Assembly: GCF_036321535.1 (NCBI RefSeq)
Contig: NC_087447.1
Coordinates: 40,054,001 to 40,118,000, forward strand
Length of the DNA: 64,000 bases
DNA from: Camelus dromedarius
Lineage: Eukaryota
Reading direction: 5' to 3'
The position numbers and the translations under genes are program-made. Each line of letters opens with the position of its first letter. Within the stretch, counting starts at the first letter, position 1. Shown piece by piece: positions 1 to 11,398 of this stretch. The notes under the pieces were generated by a model. The model had not been told where the DNA came from, did not search any database, and worked only from the letters and a program-made list of their open reading frames with translations.

Positions 1-409
1 CATTCCTTTTCATATTCTTTTTCATTATAGGCTATTGATACATTTTTGTTGAATACATTTTATAATTTAGACCTCACCCAAAGGCAAATGGTATGGATGT
101 ATAAAAAGCGCTTTGAAGTCAGGTGGATGTGGACTAGCTGTTTTGAGTCTCAGCATGTGCATCAATTTAAAAAACTGTGAGAGAAAAAATAATGCCCACA
201 GATGACCCCCCACTTCCCCATGCCTGGCACTTTCCTCCATGTCAGTGGAACTCAGTGAGTAGAACTCCCGGCCTCCTCTCTCGGCCTTCACTCCTATGCT
301 CATTCTCACCCCAGGGGAGGTAACTTTGGGAAGAACTCAGCTTATACCCTTTCTTTCCTGGCATCAGCCTGCCTGCAGCAAACTTGTGTTCTCAGTTACT
401 CTGAGCCTT

Positions 410-646
410 GCCATGGGCTCGATCTTGACACAGTTGACATTTGGGGCTGGAAAATTCTTTGTTGGTGGGGGAAGTGGGGGTGTCCTGTGCATTGTAGAAA
501 GTTTAGTAGCACCCTTGGCCTCTGCTCACTAGCTACCGATACCAGTAGCACCTTCCAGTTGCAATAAACAGAAATGTCTTCAGATGTCACTGAACATCTC
601 TGGAAGGAGGAGGCAGGGGAAGTTGCCCCCAGTTGAGATCCACTGG
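410..646 (-). mobile_element. MER20-like hAT-Charlie MITE
   Basis: Matches recalled MER20 motifs (ttgacatttggggctgg...tgtcctgtgcattgtag...agttgagatccactg). Confidence 0.85.
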
Positions 647-748
647 TCTAGGGTAATAGCCTTGCCTCTAATAAGAGACAAGAGACAAGTGGTTCACTAC
701 CTTTTGGGAGTAGGTAGATGAGCGTGTCTAATTCTGGGGTTTGGTTAG

Positions 749-1199
749 TGCAGTAGGTTGCACGGTGAACCCCCAAAAGGTATGTCCACATCCTAACCCC
801 TGGAACCTATGAACGTGATCTTACTTGAAAAAGGGTCACTGCAGATGTACGTAAGTTAAGAATCTTGAGATGAGAATATTCTGGATTATCCTGGTGGGTT
901 CCAAACCCAATGGTAGGTGTCCTTACAAGAGACCGAAGAGAAGACAGACATACAGAGAAGGCTGAGTGAAGACAGAGGCAGAGATTGGAGTGATGCAGCC
1001 ATGAGCCAAGAGATGCCTGGAGCCGCCTGAAGCTGGAAGAAGCGGGGAAGGATTTTCCACTAGATCCTGCGAGGGAACGTAGCCCTCCTGGCACCTTCAT
1101 TTCAGACTGTCTTCCAGAATCATGAGAAAACTCACTTCTGTTGCCGTAAGCCGCCTCTCTTGTGCTCACCTGTTACGCCAGCTCTGAGAAGTGAATACA
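749..1199 (+). mobile_element. MaLR solo LTR (MLT1C/D-like)
   Basis: tatgtccacatcctaacccctggaacct...gagattggagtgatgcagcca...gaagctggaaga...gtgaataca. Confidence 0.85.
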
Positions 1200-1959
1200 G
1201 CCAGCAAGCCCACCTGGGCTCTTGTACGTGGCCAAGCTAGCCTTATCAGTAACAAATGCTCTATTGTGCTGCTCTGCCTGTCGCCTCCATTGGTTGTGTT
1301 ATTTGTCACCTGGTTCAGAACCCAGGCAGAGATGAGGAACAGAATGTATTAGACCCCTTCAGAGACTCAAAACTGTCTCCCAGGATTGGGATGAAAAGTG
1401 AAATGAGTCAGCGTAAGTGAAACCCCCAGCACAACCTGTGGTGCTTAGTCGGTTTATATAAAGTGGAACTTTCTTTCCCTCCAGAACAGTGACAGGCATA
1501 GTGACCTTCAACTTTTTCAGAGTGCGGTGAGACCCATCTCTACTTTCTGATCTCCCAACCAGACTGCAACCTCTCATTCAGAGGACAGCCAGACAGGTCT
1601 CTACCTTCAATCCATTCAAACCACAAGGAAGGCTTCCCCATTGCAGGTGTGTGACTGCAGGTGGGTCCCCCTAGTCTGGCAGGGAGGGGATGGATTGAAA
1701 ATGCCTTACCCAAATGCCCTCCAGCTCCAGACCCATCACCCAAAATCATTTTAGCCATAGGACTCCACAGCAGAGAACAGGCAACTGAAGATTCTCTGCA
1801 CTAATGGCAGCATGATATGCAAGACATCACATATGAATCTGTCTCAATCACAATTCTGTATGCGCAAGGAGAAAAAATCCTGGGACTTCAACCTAGGAGG
1901 GTGGGCCACCCCACTCCCGCCCCCTTTGCTTTTAGGACTCACTGTGTTGCCTTACTTAC

Positions 1960-2059
1960 ATGATCAGTAGCTCCGACTCATATCGCATTAATTTATTCTT
2001 CTCCAGAACCAGCTTAAACCATTCCTGCAAAAGCTGGGATTCATCCTGTGTGCCTGAAT
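1960..2059 (-). CDS. MICAL2: MICAL2/MICALCL exon, 100 nt, (D)[32 protein letters not shown](M) (bMERB helix 2)
   Basis: Not in the ORF track. Acceptor gatttcttaagcag|ATTCA and donor ATCAT|gtaagt; phase 1 to 2; EWFxLVxEKNxLxRYE bMERB motif. Confidence 0.96.
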
Positions 2060-2939
2060 CTGCTTAAGAAATCAACAGCAAATGGGTTAGATTGGCATTT
2101 CTCTTCCCATGATCAAACTGCTTTGGAACAGCTTTAGGGGGCCATGTTTGTAGCAAAAATGGCTCTGCAGGTGGCAGCCCCCTGACGGCCTGTTGACGCC
2201 TCAAGGTCACGGGCGTGACAAATGAAACTCACCTGTGCCTCCTCCAGGGCTGGTCCTCTTGGATTATCTAGGGCATGAATACTTAAATCAGCTCCAAGGG
2301 GCATAGACCCTTGCTACTGTCCTGACCTTTGTGCATCACATCTGCCACTAAAGAAAATCCCATAACCCTCCTGGTTACTACATCCTCTCTTCTTCCAAAT
2401 CAAAAGCCTACTGAGTGCCCAGGCGGGGTGTGGCTCCCTTCATGGGGCAGGGAAGCTCACACCCTCATTTGGTCATAGAGGAGCAGTGGTCGGCATTTTG
2501 ACTTTTTTGCACAAAGAAAAGCCAAATGATGGGGGAAAAACATGTTATGAGCTTTGGGTCTCAGAGGGAGAAAGTTATATTCGTACATTCTTATAACTAG
2601 GATTATGACCTTTATTCTTTTATTAAAAAGAATTACCATGAGAAAATTGGCACTGCTTAAAGATACTCAATGTTAGATGCTAAATGTTTAGACAATAAAA
2701 TGTTAAAATCTGGGAATATTTGAGAAATAGCGACATGGGGGGGGGCTTTCTAGTAATTCTCCCTGAAATGAGAACACAGGCTGGGTTGCTCATGGCTATT
2801 CTCAAAGGGTTTATCCTGGAGGGTCCCACACGCGGAGAGGAAAACAGAAGATATGTGTGACCTTGGGCAAGTTGTTTAGCATCTCAGAACCTCTGCTTCT
2901 TCATTGGTTAAACTGAACGAGCAGACACACAGGTAATAT

Positions 2940-3185
2940 AATAATAATGAGCTACTGTTGTAAGGCAGCAGTTCCGTGCCAGTCGATGGGCTGAGCGCCC
3001 TATAGTCAACATCTCATTGGATCCTCACAACAAACTCACCAGTGGGTTCCCATATTGTCACCACCTGATGGCTGAAGAAACAGAAGTTTAAAAGATTAAG
3101 ATAACTTGCCCAAGCTCACAGTTAGTAAGTGGCAGAGCCAGGGCAAGCCTTCTCCTAAACCCATGCTCTTCACTGCTTGTAACCA
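2940..3185 (-). mobile_element. MIR SINE
   Basis: taacttgcccaagctcacagttagtaagtggcagagccaggg is the MIR core in antisense. Confidence 0.8.
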
Positions 3186-3451
3186 CACCTTCCACCTCCT
3201 CCCTTCTTCCCTCTCTCCCTGCCTCTTTCCTCCCTCCCTCACATAGGCAAGTAAAGTAAATAATGCCCCTAGCACATTGCCTGGCACACAGCACAGTCGT
3301 CCCTAAAAATGAGTTCCCTTTCTCCCAGTCTCCTTGATCATCTTTTTACTGATATGGAAACTGGGGGTCTGGAGTAATTTATATGCAATGCCCCAGATTA
3401 TGTATTTAGTTAACATGCAAACTGGCTACAATGCAGAACTTGACTTCTGGT

Positions 3452-4480
3452 GAATTCATTCATACATTTATCCATCCATTCATTCAATGACACTTACTTA
3501 TGGAATAGGTGTCAGGGACTGCCTTAGGTATTGGGGATCCAGTGAGAGATAATGCTACACCTCACTAGAATTTTGGAGATAGTAAGGCACAGTGCCTGCT
3601 GAAAAGAGGACTGGTAGATAATCTTTTGGATCAGCTGCACCAAAAAGCTAAAACAAAATAGACTGTTAGAAAACTGTCACTGTAACAAAGGAGCAAGAAA
3701 GGATTCTGGGAATACAGAGAAGAGAGGGTTTTCCTGGTCAGGGTGTGAGGTTGGGCTTCCCAAGGGAGGTGATGTTTGAACTGGGACGTTTAAGAACAGA
3801 TAACAAGTTGAGAGGAAATAACGAGGATGGGAGAGGACATTTCCAAGAAGAGGGAACAATATGAACAAAGAGGAGGGGATAGGATAGAAGGTGATGGAGA
3901 CAGGGATCAGGAGGGGCTAAGGGGACATGGAAGGGGTGGATGACGAGAACTCAGAGTGTATGACAGTCTCATCATAGAGGCCCCTGAACATCATGTAAGG
4001 CTCTTGAACTTTACGCTGTAGACACAAAGGAACACTGAAGATGGCTGAGTAGGAGGATGACATGTGGAGTTTCACGCAGGAAGGATTAAAACGGGGAGAG
4101 AAATAAATATTCTTTCTGAGGTTTCTTGAATGGCTAGATGAATGGACAAGCTTATGACCATACTGAGCACCAACACTGAAGCACTGTTGGTGGTGCTGAG
4201 GGACAGGGGTGAATAAGCACCATTCCAGCTCTTCAGGAAACTGGGAGCTTGCCATCCAGTGGGGGAACCAACACTGCACAATCGAATAGGACACCAGGCA
4301 CCCCCCGCCATGTGACACAGGAGGGGAGCAATTCGTCCTGTGTGGAGGAGGTGGGGGAAGCCTCAGAGAGGAGACAGAAGGTGAGCTCAGTCTAAGTGGA
4401 TGAGCGAGAGTTTTCCAGGGAGAGGAAGAGGTGAAGAACAAGGCATCCTGGGGCTTTCGTTGTTGAATGAAAGAATGAAG
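3452..4480 (-). mobile_element. L2 LINE 3' fragments
   Basis: Starts with an (ATTC)n-type L2 tail and continues with typical antisense L2 sequence (gggcttcccaagggaggtgatgtttgaactgg...ttccaagaagagggaac). Confidence 0.7.
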
Positions 4481-4494
4481 TAAACATACTGCAG

Positions 4495-4715
4495 GTCATA
4501 TACAACATAGAATTTAAGAGCATATACTTCAAACTCAGACTTGGAATCAATCTTCTATTCTTGGACATGTAACTGTGTGGGCTTGAGCACTCGACAGCCT
4601 CCCTGAGCCTTGGTCTCCCCATCTGTTATAAAGATGCAGTGGGATTGTGCACATAAAGACCTTAAGCCAGCCCTGGCACATAGTATAAGGTCAATAAGCA
4701 GTAATGGCCACCATT
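4495..4715 (+). mobile_element. MIR SINE
   Basis: taagagcatatacttc...ctgagccttggtctccccatctgtta...ccctggcacatagtataaggtcaataa. Confidence 0.75.
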
Positions 4716-4749
4716 CAAGTCGTATAATATATGTGATGGAAGAACACTT

Positions 4750-6650
4750 AGAGGTCATCTCTCCCAGCCGTGGAGGCACATAGGCATTCCCTCGACCTCC
4801 CTCCCGCTCCAGCCTCTACTGTAATTCTCCATGGATGGCAGAATTCTCTGCTGTCCAAGAAGCCCACTGCAGGGCTGTGTACTCTCAAGTACTGAAAACT
4901 TCTTTCTATTGGTCTTCAATGGGTTGGCCGCTAGCCACTGAGTCCAGTTTTGCCCTCTGGAGAAACATAGAGAACACATAACTATATATTTTACATGAAA
5001 GATATTCAGTTATTTGAAGACAGATCTTATGACCCACTGAAGTGTTCTCATTTCAGAGTCAGTACCCCCAGGTCTTTTATGATTTTTGTCATAAAAGGGT
5101 CTCCCACCTCTACCTGCCCTCTAATTTTCCAGGACACATTTTTAAGGAGTCCAGAATCAAACAAAATATCAACAGTCCAGAGTGGAGCGACCCTCTGCAC
5201 CTTCACCCTGTGCCTTGCAATTGAAGAAGTCCCCCTCTATTTTTTTAAAATTTCTTTTAAATTTTTTTTTTAATTGAGATACTGCGGATTGAACCCAGGA
5301 CCTCTTGCATGCTAAGCGTGCAATCTACCACTGAGCTATACCCACCACCCAGAAGTCCTTCTAGCAGCCTGTCTTCACCTGGTTCTTGCTAACTTGCAAT
5401 CAAATTTGGTCTTTCCACACCAGCGGTGGTGAAGTCTGAGGACTTTATGTTCTGTTTCTGCCATTGATCTTTTTCTTAACCTAATTCAAGACTTTCTTTC
5501 TGTGTCTTGTTAAATATCGTCTTATTTATTTTGTTCCATCAAGGGGAACTCTTTGGAATATTTTATTCATCTGACATATTTCTCCTAGATTTGGGATTTT
5601 CGTGGAATTGAATAAAAGGGCATCCCAGACCTTTATACAATATTGGAAAACAAAACATCAGATGGGTCTGGACCAGGAACAGAGCTGTCAAGCCCCATTA
5701 GGCACCTTTCTCAGCCTTGGAGTGAGACTGTTCTATAAACTTTAAATGCATGGCACCCAACTGGTATCATCCAGCCCACATTTCTGTATCTTGTCTGGCT
5801 CTTGTAAGAAACTTTAACATCAAAATAATTTCCTGAAACCAATCTTCACAATATTTGCCCTGATAATTGGCACTACAAACCTCACAACTCCACCCAGAAA
5901 AGGAAATGACATTTGTTTTTTTACAGCTTCTAAGTAAACATCTATGGTTCCCTAGTAATCTCTCAATTTCTTTCTCAGTGTTCACACTTTCCATAATAAT
6001 CCTTTCTAGAATTTTGACGAGGATCAGAATTCATGTTCGTTTCCCACATGAAGAGTAGAAAATGTACTTGTCTCTAGGCTTTCGGTTCTGGATTTCCTCC
6101 AGAGTTCTCAAAGACTGAGGGTGTATAGGCAAGTTATTTCAACATGATGGGGTTAATTCAGTTCATTCAACAGATTCTGACTGAGTCTTGCTGTGTCTAA
6201 GACTCTGCTCTATGTATGTACCCATCATCTTTCACTGGGCTTAGAAACCTGAATTCATTGCTCCCCCATTTTTCTCACCTGTCCAGATTCAATTTCCTCA
6301 TCTTGATATTTGCTTAACATTGCTAGATTGAGGACCATTTTCCTTGATAAAGAAAACAGAAAAGCTGAGAGCAGCAAGTCCTCACTTTCCCCAGTCATGT
6401 AACATTATACCATCTGCCTCAGCACTGAGTCTACCCTTGCCTTGTTCTCAATCCAAAAGAAACAATACTATTTTGCTGTCTTTAGAGGATTTTTTGTTGT
6501 TGTCTTTCAGATTCACCCTCTTTGTTACATTATACGTACAGGTTGGAGCCACACTTTTATTCTGCATTATGTGTCCCTTTTCCAATCCTTCTTGTGTGTC
6601 TTTCTAAAATCTGGTCCATTAGGGAGTTCCCTGCGTAGCCTCATTGATTT
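4750..6650 (-). mobile_element. Ancient CR1/L3 LINE remnant, interrupted by a SINE
   Basis: The 3' end resembles CR1 (cagttatttgaagacag...gtgttctcatttcag). The minus-strand translation near 5900-6030 reads KILERIIMESV...RSCKKTNVISF, like CR1 RT GKIMEQII...KSCLTNLISF. Confidence 0.65.
5239..5350 (-). mobile_element. tRNA-Ala-derived camelid SINE (Vic-1-like)
   Basis: Reverse complement reads gggtatagctcagtggtagattgcacgcttagcatgcaagaggtcctgggttcaatcc plus an A-rich tail; flanked by agaagtcc repeats at 5225 and 5351. Confidence 0.88.
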
Positions 6651-7014
6651 CTACTGATGCTGGACTCAACAAACACAGGTTGAACTGAATCAATCAATTT
6701 AATTTACTTTTTTAAATTGATTAATTCTCAATTTTATAGCCTACAGTTCATTTTTTTTTTCAGAGTCTTCCTTTCCTCAATAGTCAAAATCATTTGAGGG
6801 GGATCTTTGAACATGGAATCAAGTGCAGGTTTCTAGGGAATCTGCTTTCCCAAAGCACTGGGTGCAGACAGACCATGCTGAGCCCAGACTTGCTTTGCTC
6901 TCAACCCCAACGATGTACTGAGCTTTCCATCACTTCACTGCTACCCATCAGATAGCTTCCTTGTAGGTCCTAAAGAAGTCTCAACCTGCATTACCCTTCA
7001 CCGTAGATGCAACA

Positions 7015-7250
7015 GGGTGAAGTGGCAGAGGGTGTGGGCTTTGAGATCAGACCTGTCCCTCCCACTTAACAAATGTGTGACCTTATCAACTAACCCCACA
7101 TCTCTCTGCCTCAGTCTCCTCCTGTGAAAAATGGGAATGATCATAGTCGCTGCCTCATAAATTGGTTATGGGAATTAAATGAGATGATGCGTGTAAAATG
7201 CTTAGCATGGTGCTTGGTACTAGTAAACATTCAGTAAACCATACCATTGT
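7015..7250 (+). mobile_element. MIR SINE
   Basis: tgtgtgacctta...ctctctgcctcagtctcctcctgtgaaaaatggg...attaaatgagatgatgcgtgtaaaatgcttagc. Confidence 0.85.
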
Positions 7251-7790
7251 TACCACCACGTTGTTCCTTTCAGGATCTAGCTCTGCAGTTCTATGGGGCA
7301 TATTTTCTGTACATCTTTAACATTCAGCTAGAGAATAACCCCTGACTTGATTACCCGTGGCAGAACTTTATCTGGTAACTTCACTTGAGATTAATAAAAA
7401 CTCTTTAAAAGTTATATTTTTTTGTCTGTATGTAAACAGAAAGGTCACATAGCGGGCTGGATCATCAGTACTTGCTTGGGAAGACTGGAGACTCTGTGCA
7501 CACACAGACGGTTTGCTCAGCCACATCTCCAGCTGGTCCCAGGGCTGCTGTTGAACTGAAAGCCCTTCCAGGGCAGGGATGTAACTCCCTTATCTGGAAC
7601 CAGGATGCAGCCAGACTGGTGTGGCCAGAAGGCAGGCAGCCTCTGACTGGGAATAGAATAGCTCAGTTACCTAACCCGCACGGCCACCCCTGCTTGTTTG
7701 TGGTCACTGTTACCTGGTTCTTCATTTGCTACTATGTCCTCATATCCTGCTCTTTCCCAGACAAAACGCAAGGATTCCTCTTGCTTAGGT

Positions 7791-7912
7791 AGGGAGGGTA
7801 GAACTCAGGGGTAGAGCGCATGCTTAGCATGCATGAGGTCCTGGGTTCCCTCCGTTAAAATAAATATATAAATAAATAAACCTAATTATCTACCCACCCT
7901 GAAAAAAAAACC
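7791..7912 (+). mobile_element. tRNA-Ala-derived camelid SINE (Vic-1-like)
   Basis: gggagggtagaactcaggggtagagcgcatgcttagcatgcatgaggtcctgggttc...aaataaacctaatta...poly-A. Confidence 0.88.
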
Positions 7913-8769
7913 AAAACTCAACACAAAACGACTTTATATTAATAGAGTCCTGTAAACTGACCCGCTTTTCCCTAAGTGAGCTCTCAAAAAGGCAAAGCAA
8001 ATTTTGTCACTCTCTATTGAAATGCTTCAATAACCGCCCCCACAGTCAAGTTCAAATCACCTAGCCCGACAACACGTAGGCCCTGCCTACCATAGAGTAA
8101 CTGTCACTTAACGGTTATAACTTTTTTCTCAATGGAAACTAACAGAATAAATGAACAATCTATTCTTTAAAGTCATGGCTTCTTAACCATTTTCCTCTGT
8201 TGGTAACGCTGAACGCTTCTCTGATTGTGTATTGGTGTGTGGTTTTTCCAAGTTGGGTCTTGTTTTGCTCTCTGGTTCCCAACCAGCTAATTCTTTAGAT
8301 GTGATTTCCTGCCTCCTTAGAATCCAGGAGAAGGAGAAGTCCTAATTTGGTTTTTGCTGCAATTGTATCAGCGCCTTCAAATATCCTCAGTGATGATCTG
8401 GAGCATGAAAAGACATTAGAGTAATTGCAGCCGGAACACTTGGTAGCAATGTGCAAGCATCTCCCTCAGCCTGGCTGAGTTTCAGCCCCTGCCTCTTGTT
8501 CTCTGGACTCTGGTCAGCTCTGAGCTCCTGTGCTCATCCATGGGCCTGTTTCATCTAAATCTCTAGCCAGGCCTCCTGTACCCAGCGCTCTGGGTACACT
8601 GACTTCCCGCAGGCTCCTTACACATTATGGTGATCATCTAGAAAGCTGCACTGGGGGTCTGGCCTGATTCCGTCTTGGCAAAGCCAAGATGCAGATGCTG
8701 GAAGGTAGCTCATGATTCTATTCTGGGAGCCAGAGGCTGCAGCTGAGAAACAAAACTTGAAATCCTTCC

Positions 8770-11367
8770 TTTTTTAAATAGCTTTTTATTTTGCTTTGCT
8801 TTTAGCAACGTATCTATTCACCGTAAAGTTTTTCTTGCTTTTGAATTTTATTGAAGTGATATCATACCATATGCAGTCTTCTGCCATCTTGCTTATTTTA
8901 AATTCTCCATTATGCTTCTAAAATGCCTCTGTGTTGCTCATTCATTTCCACTGCTGTATATATAATAATTCGGTTGCATGTGACACAGCTCACTATACCA
9001 CAATTTATCCATTTCCCTGTCAATAGATATCTAGGTTGTTCTTAGCGGTTTGCTATTGTGAATGATGCTGCTATGAACATTCTTGTATTTGTCTTCTGGT
9101 CCATGTGGGCAAGAGTGTCTCTGGAGTATATACTTAGGAATGAAATTCCTGAGTAGTAGGTATGCAAATGTTCCCTTTTCCAGCATAAAGCCAAGTTGTT
9201 TTGCAAAGAGTTGTTGCTGCTTATACTCCAACTAACACTGAATAAGAGCTCCCCTTTTTCCTCACCCTTGCCAAATACTTAGTATTATCAGATTTTACAC
9301 GTTTTGAAAATTTAATGGTTTCAAATAGTTTCTCACTGTAGTCTTCATTTGCATTTTCCTAATTACTAATGAGTATTCTTGTGAAAGTATACTTATGCAA
9401 TTTACCTATTTTTATATTGAGTTGTTTGCCTATTTCTTATTGATTTGTACGAGTTCTTTACAAATTCTGGAATACTGATTCTTTTTTGGTTATATTTGTG
9501 GCAAATATATGTTCCAAATTAGTGGCTTATCTTTTCTGTTCTTTTATGGCATCTATAGACTCCCAACTAGAGGTCAAAAAGATTCTTAACTTTTCAAGTT
9601 TTATTTTCACATTAAAGTCCTTAATTTTTATGAAATTTATTATATGGTTTAAGATAAGGATCAATTTCATCTTCTTCCTGTATGGAAAACCAGTCATCCT
9701 AGAATCACTTATTTCCTGTGAATGGCAGTGCTGCTGCTGGCTTATATCATGTTTCATACAGGTGAGATTACGTTTGGGTCTTCTGGTAGCTTTCAGTAAA
9801 GTATTAAATTTGGCTCCATAGATGTTGTGTGCATTTTTTGTTAGATTTACTCCTAGGCACCTTATGTTTTTAATGCTAATGTAAGTGGTATCTTCTTTGT
9901 TATTTCATTTTCTAGAAACTGATGTTGAGATAGAGAAATGCCACTTATTTTTCTATTTTGATCTGATTTCCAATCATGTGATTTAGACTCTTATTTTTTA
10001 AAAATTACCTGTACATTTTTTTGGAGTTCTCCAAGTGGGTAACGCTATCATCTGGAAGCAACAAAAATGTGTTTCTCTCCCTCCCAACCTTGTGCCATTT
10101 CCCCCCCTTGTCTTACTGTACTGGCTGGGGTCTCGCGTACAATGTTGAATAGAAGAGGTGATGATGGGCATCATTCTTTTATTTTTGATTTAAAAAAGAA
10201 ATGCTTCTAATATTTTACCATTAAGCAATGATGTTTGCTGCTGGGTTTTGTAAGCTATCCTTGTAAATAAGAACGTTCTGACCCAAAAGATCCACTTCTG
10301 TTATTTATCCAAAGAACATAAAAACACCAATTTGAAAAGACATATGCACCTTTACGTTCATTTTAGCATTATTTACAATAGCCACCATATGGGAACAACC
10401 TAAATGTTCAGTGACCGATAAACAGGTAAAGAAGATGTGGTATATATGCATAATGGAATATTACTCAGCCATGAAAAAGAATGAAATCTTGCCATTTGTA
10501 ATGATATGGATGGACCTTGAAGGTACTGTGCTAAGTGAAATAAGTCAGAGAAAGATAAATACCATATGCTTTCACTTATATGTGGACTCTAAAAAAAAAA
10601 CAAAACAAATGAATAAACAAAATAAAACAAGCTCATAGACACAGAGATCAGTGGTTACTGGAGAGGAAGGGCATTGAGGGTGGGTGAGATGGGTGAAGGG
10701 GGTCAACTATATGTTGATGGATAGTAACTAGAATTGTGTCGTGATCACTCTATAGGGTATGCAGGTGTCAAATTATAATGCTGTGCACCTGAAACTTACA
10801 TGAGAACAAAATGTAAGCTTCAAGAAGGCAAATGGAAAGTTCTATCCTGTCCTTTTTTTGCTAAAAGTTTTTACCCCAAATAAGTGTTTAATTTTGTCTA
10901 GTGGTATTTTCTTCTCCTATCAAAAAGACCATATGGTTTTCCTCTTTAATTTGTTCATGCGATGATTGTTAAGTCATCCTTAGATTGCCAAGTATTAAAA
11001 TTAATTGGATTAAATATTCATTATATTCTTTCATCTTGTTGAATCTTTGCTATATTGGTGGCTATGTCTGCCCTTTTCATTCCTAATTTATTTATTTCTT
11101 CTCTCTTACTTTTAAAAATCAGTTTAAGAGGATTGCTTTTAGTCTTTTATTAGTTATTGGCTTGCTTGACCCTCTCTATTTCATCTTTATTCTCTATTTC
11201 ATTTACATCTGCTCATATATTTGTTATCTTCTTTCTTTAGGTTTATTTTGTTTTTCATGAAGTTGGATACTTAGCTCATTAATTTTAAGTCTTTCTTCCT
11301 TTCTAATAGAAGTTTTTAAGGCAATACCTCTCAGGACAGCTTTCACTGCACCCCATGAATTTTAATC

Positions 11368-11398
<31 letters not shown>

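Noticed and set aside
8341..8350. Perfect CArG box cctaatttgg (SRF site)
   Set aside because: Several are expected by chance in a window of this size and composition; no supporting cluster.
8577..8598. 9-bp hairpin tgtacccag-cgct-ctgggtaca
   Set aside because: A few stems of this length are expected by chance in 64 kb; no miRNA- or snoRNA-like context.
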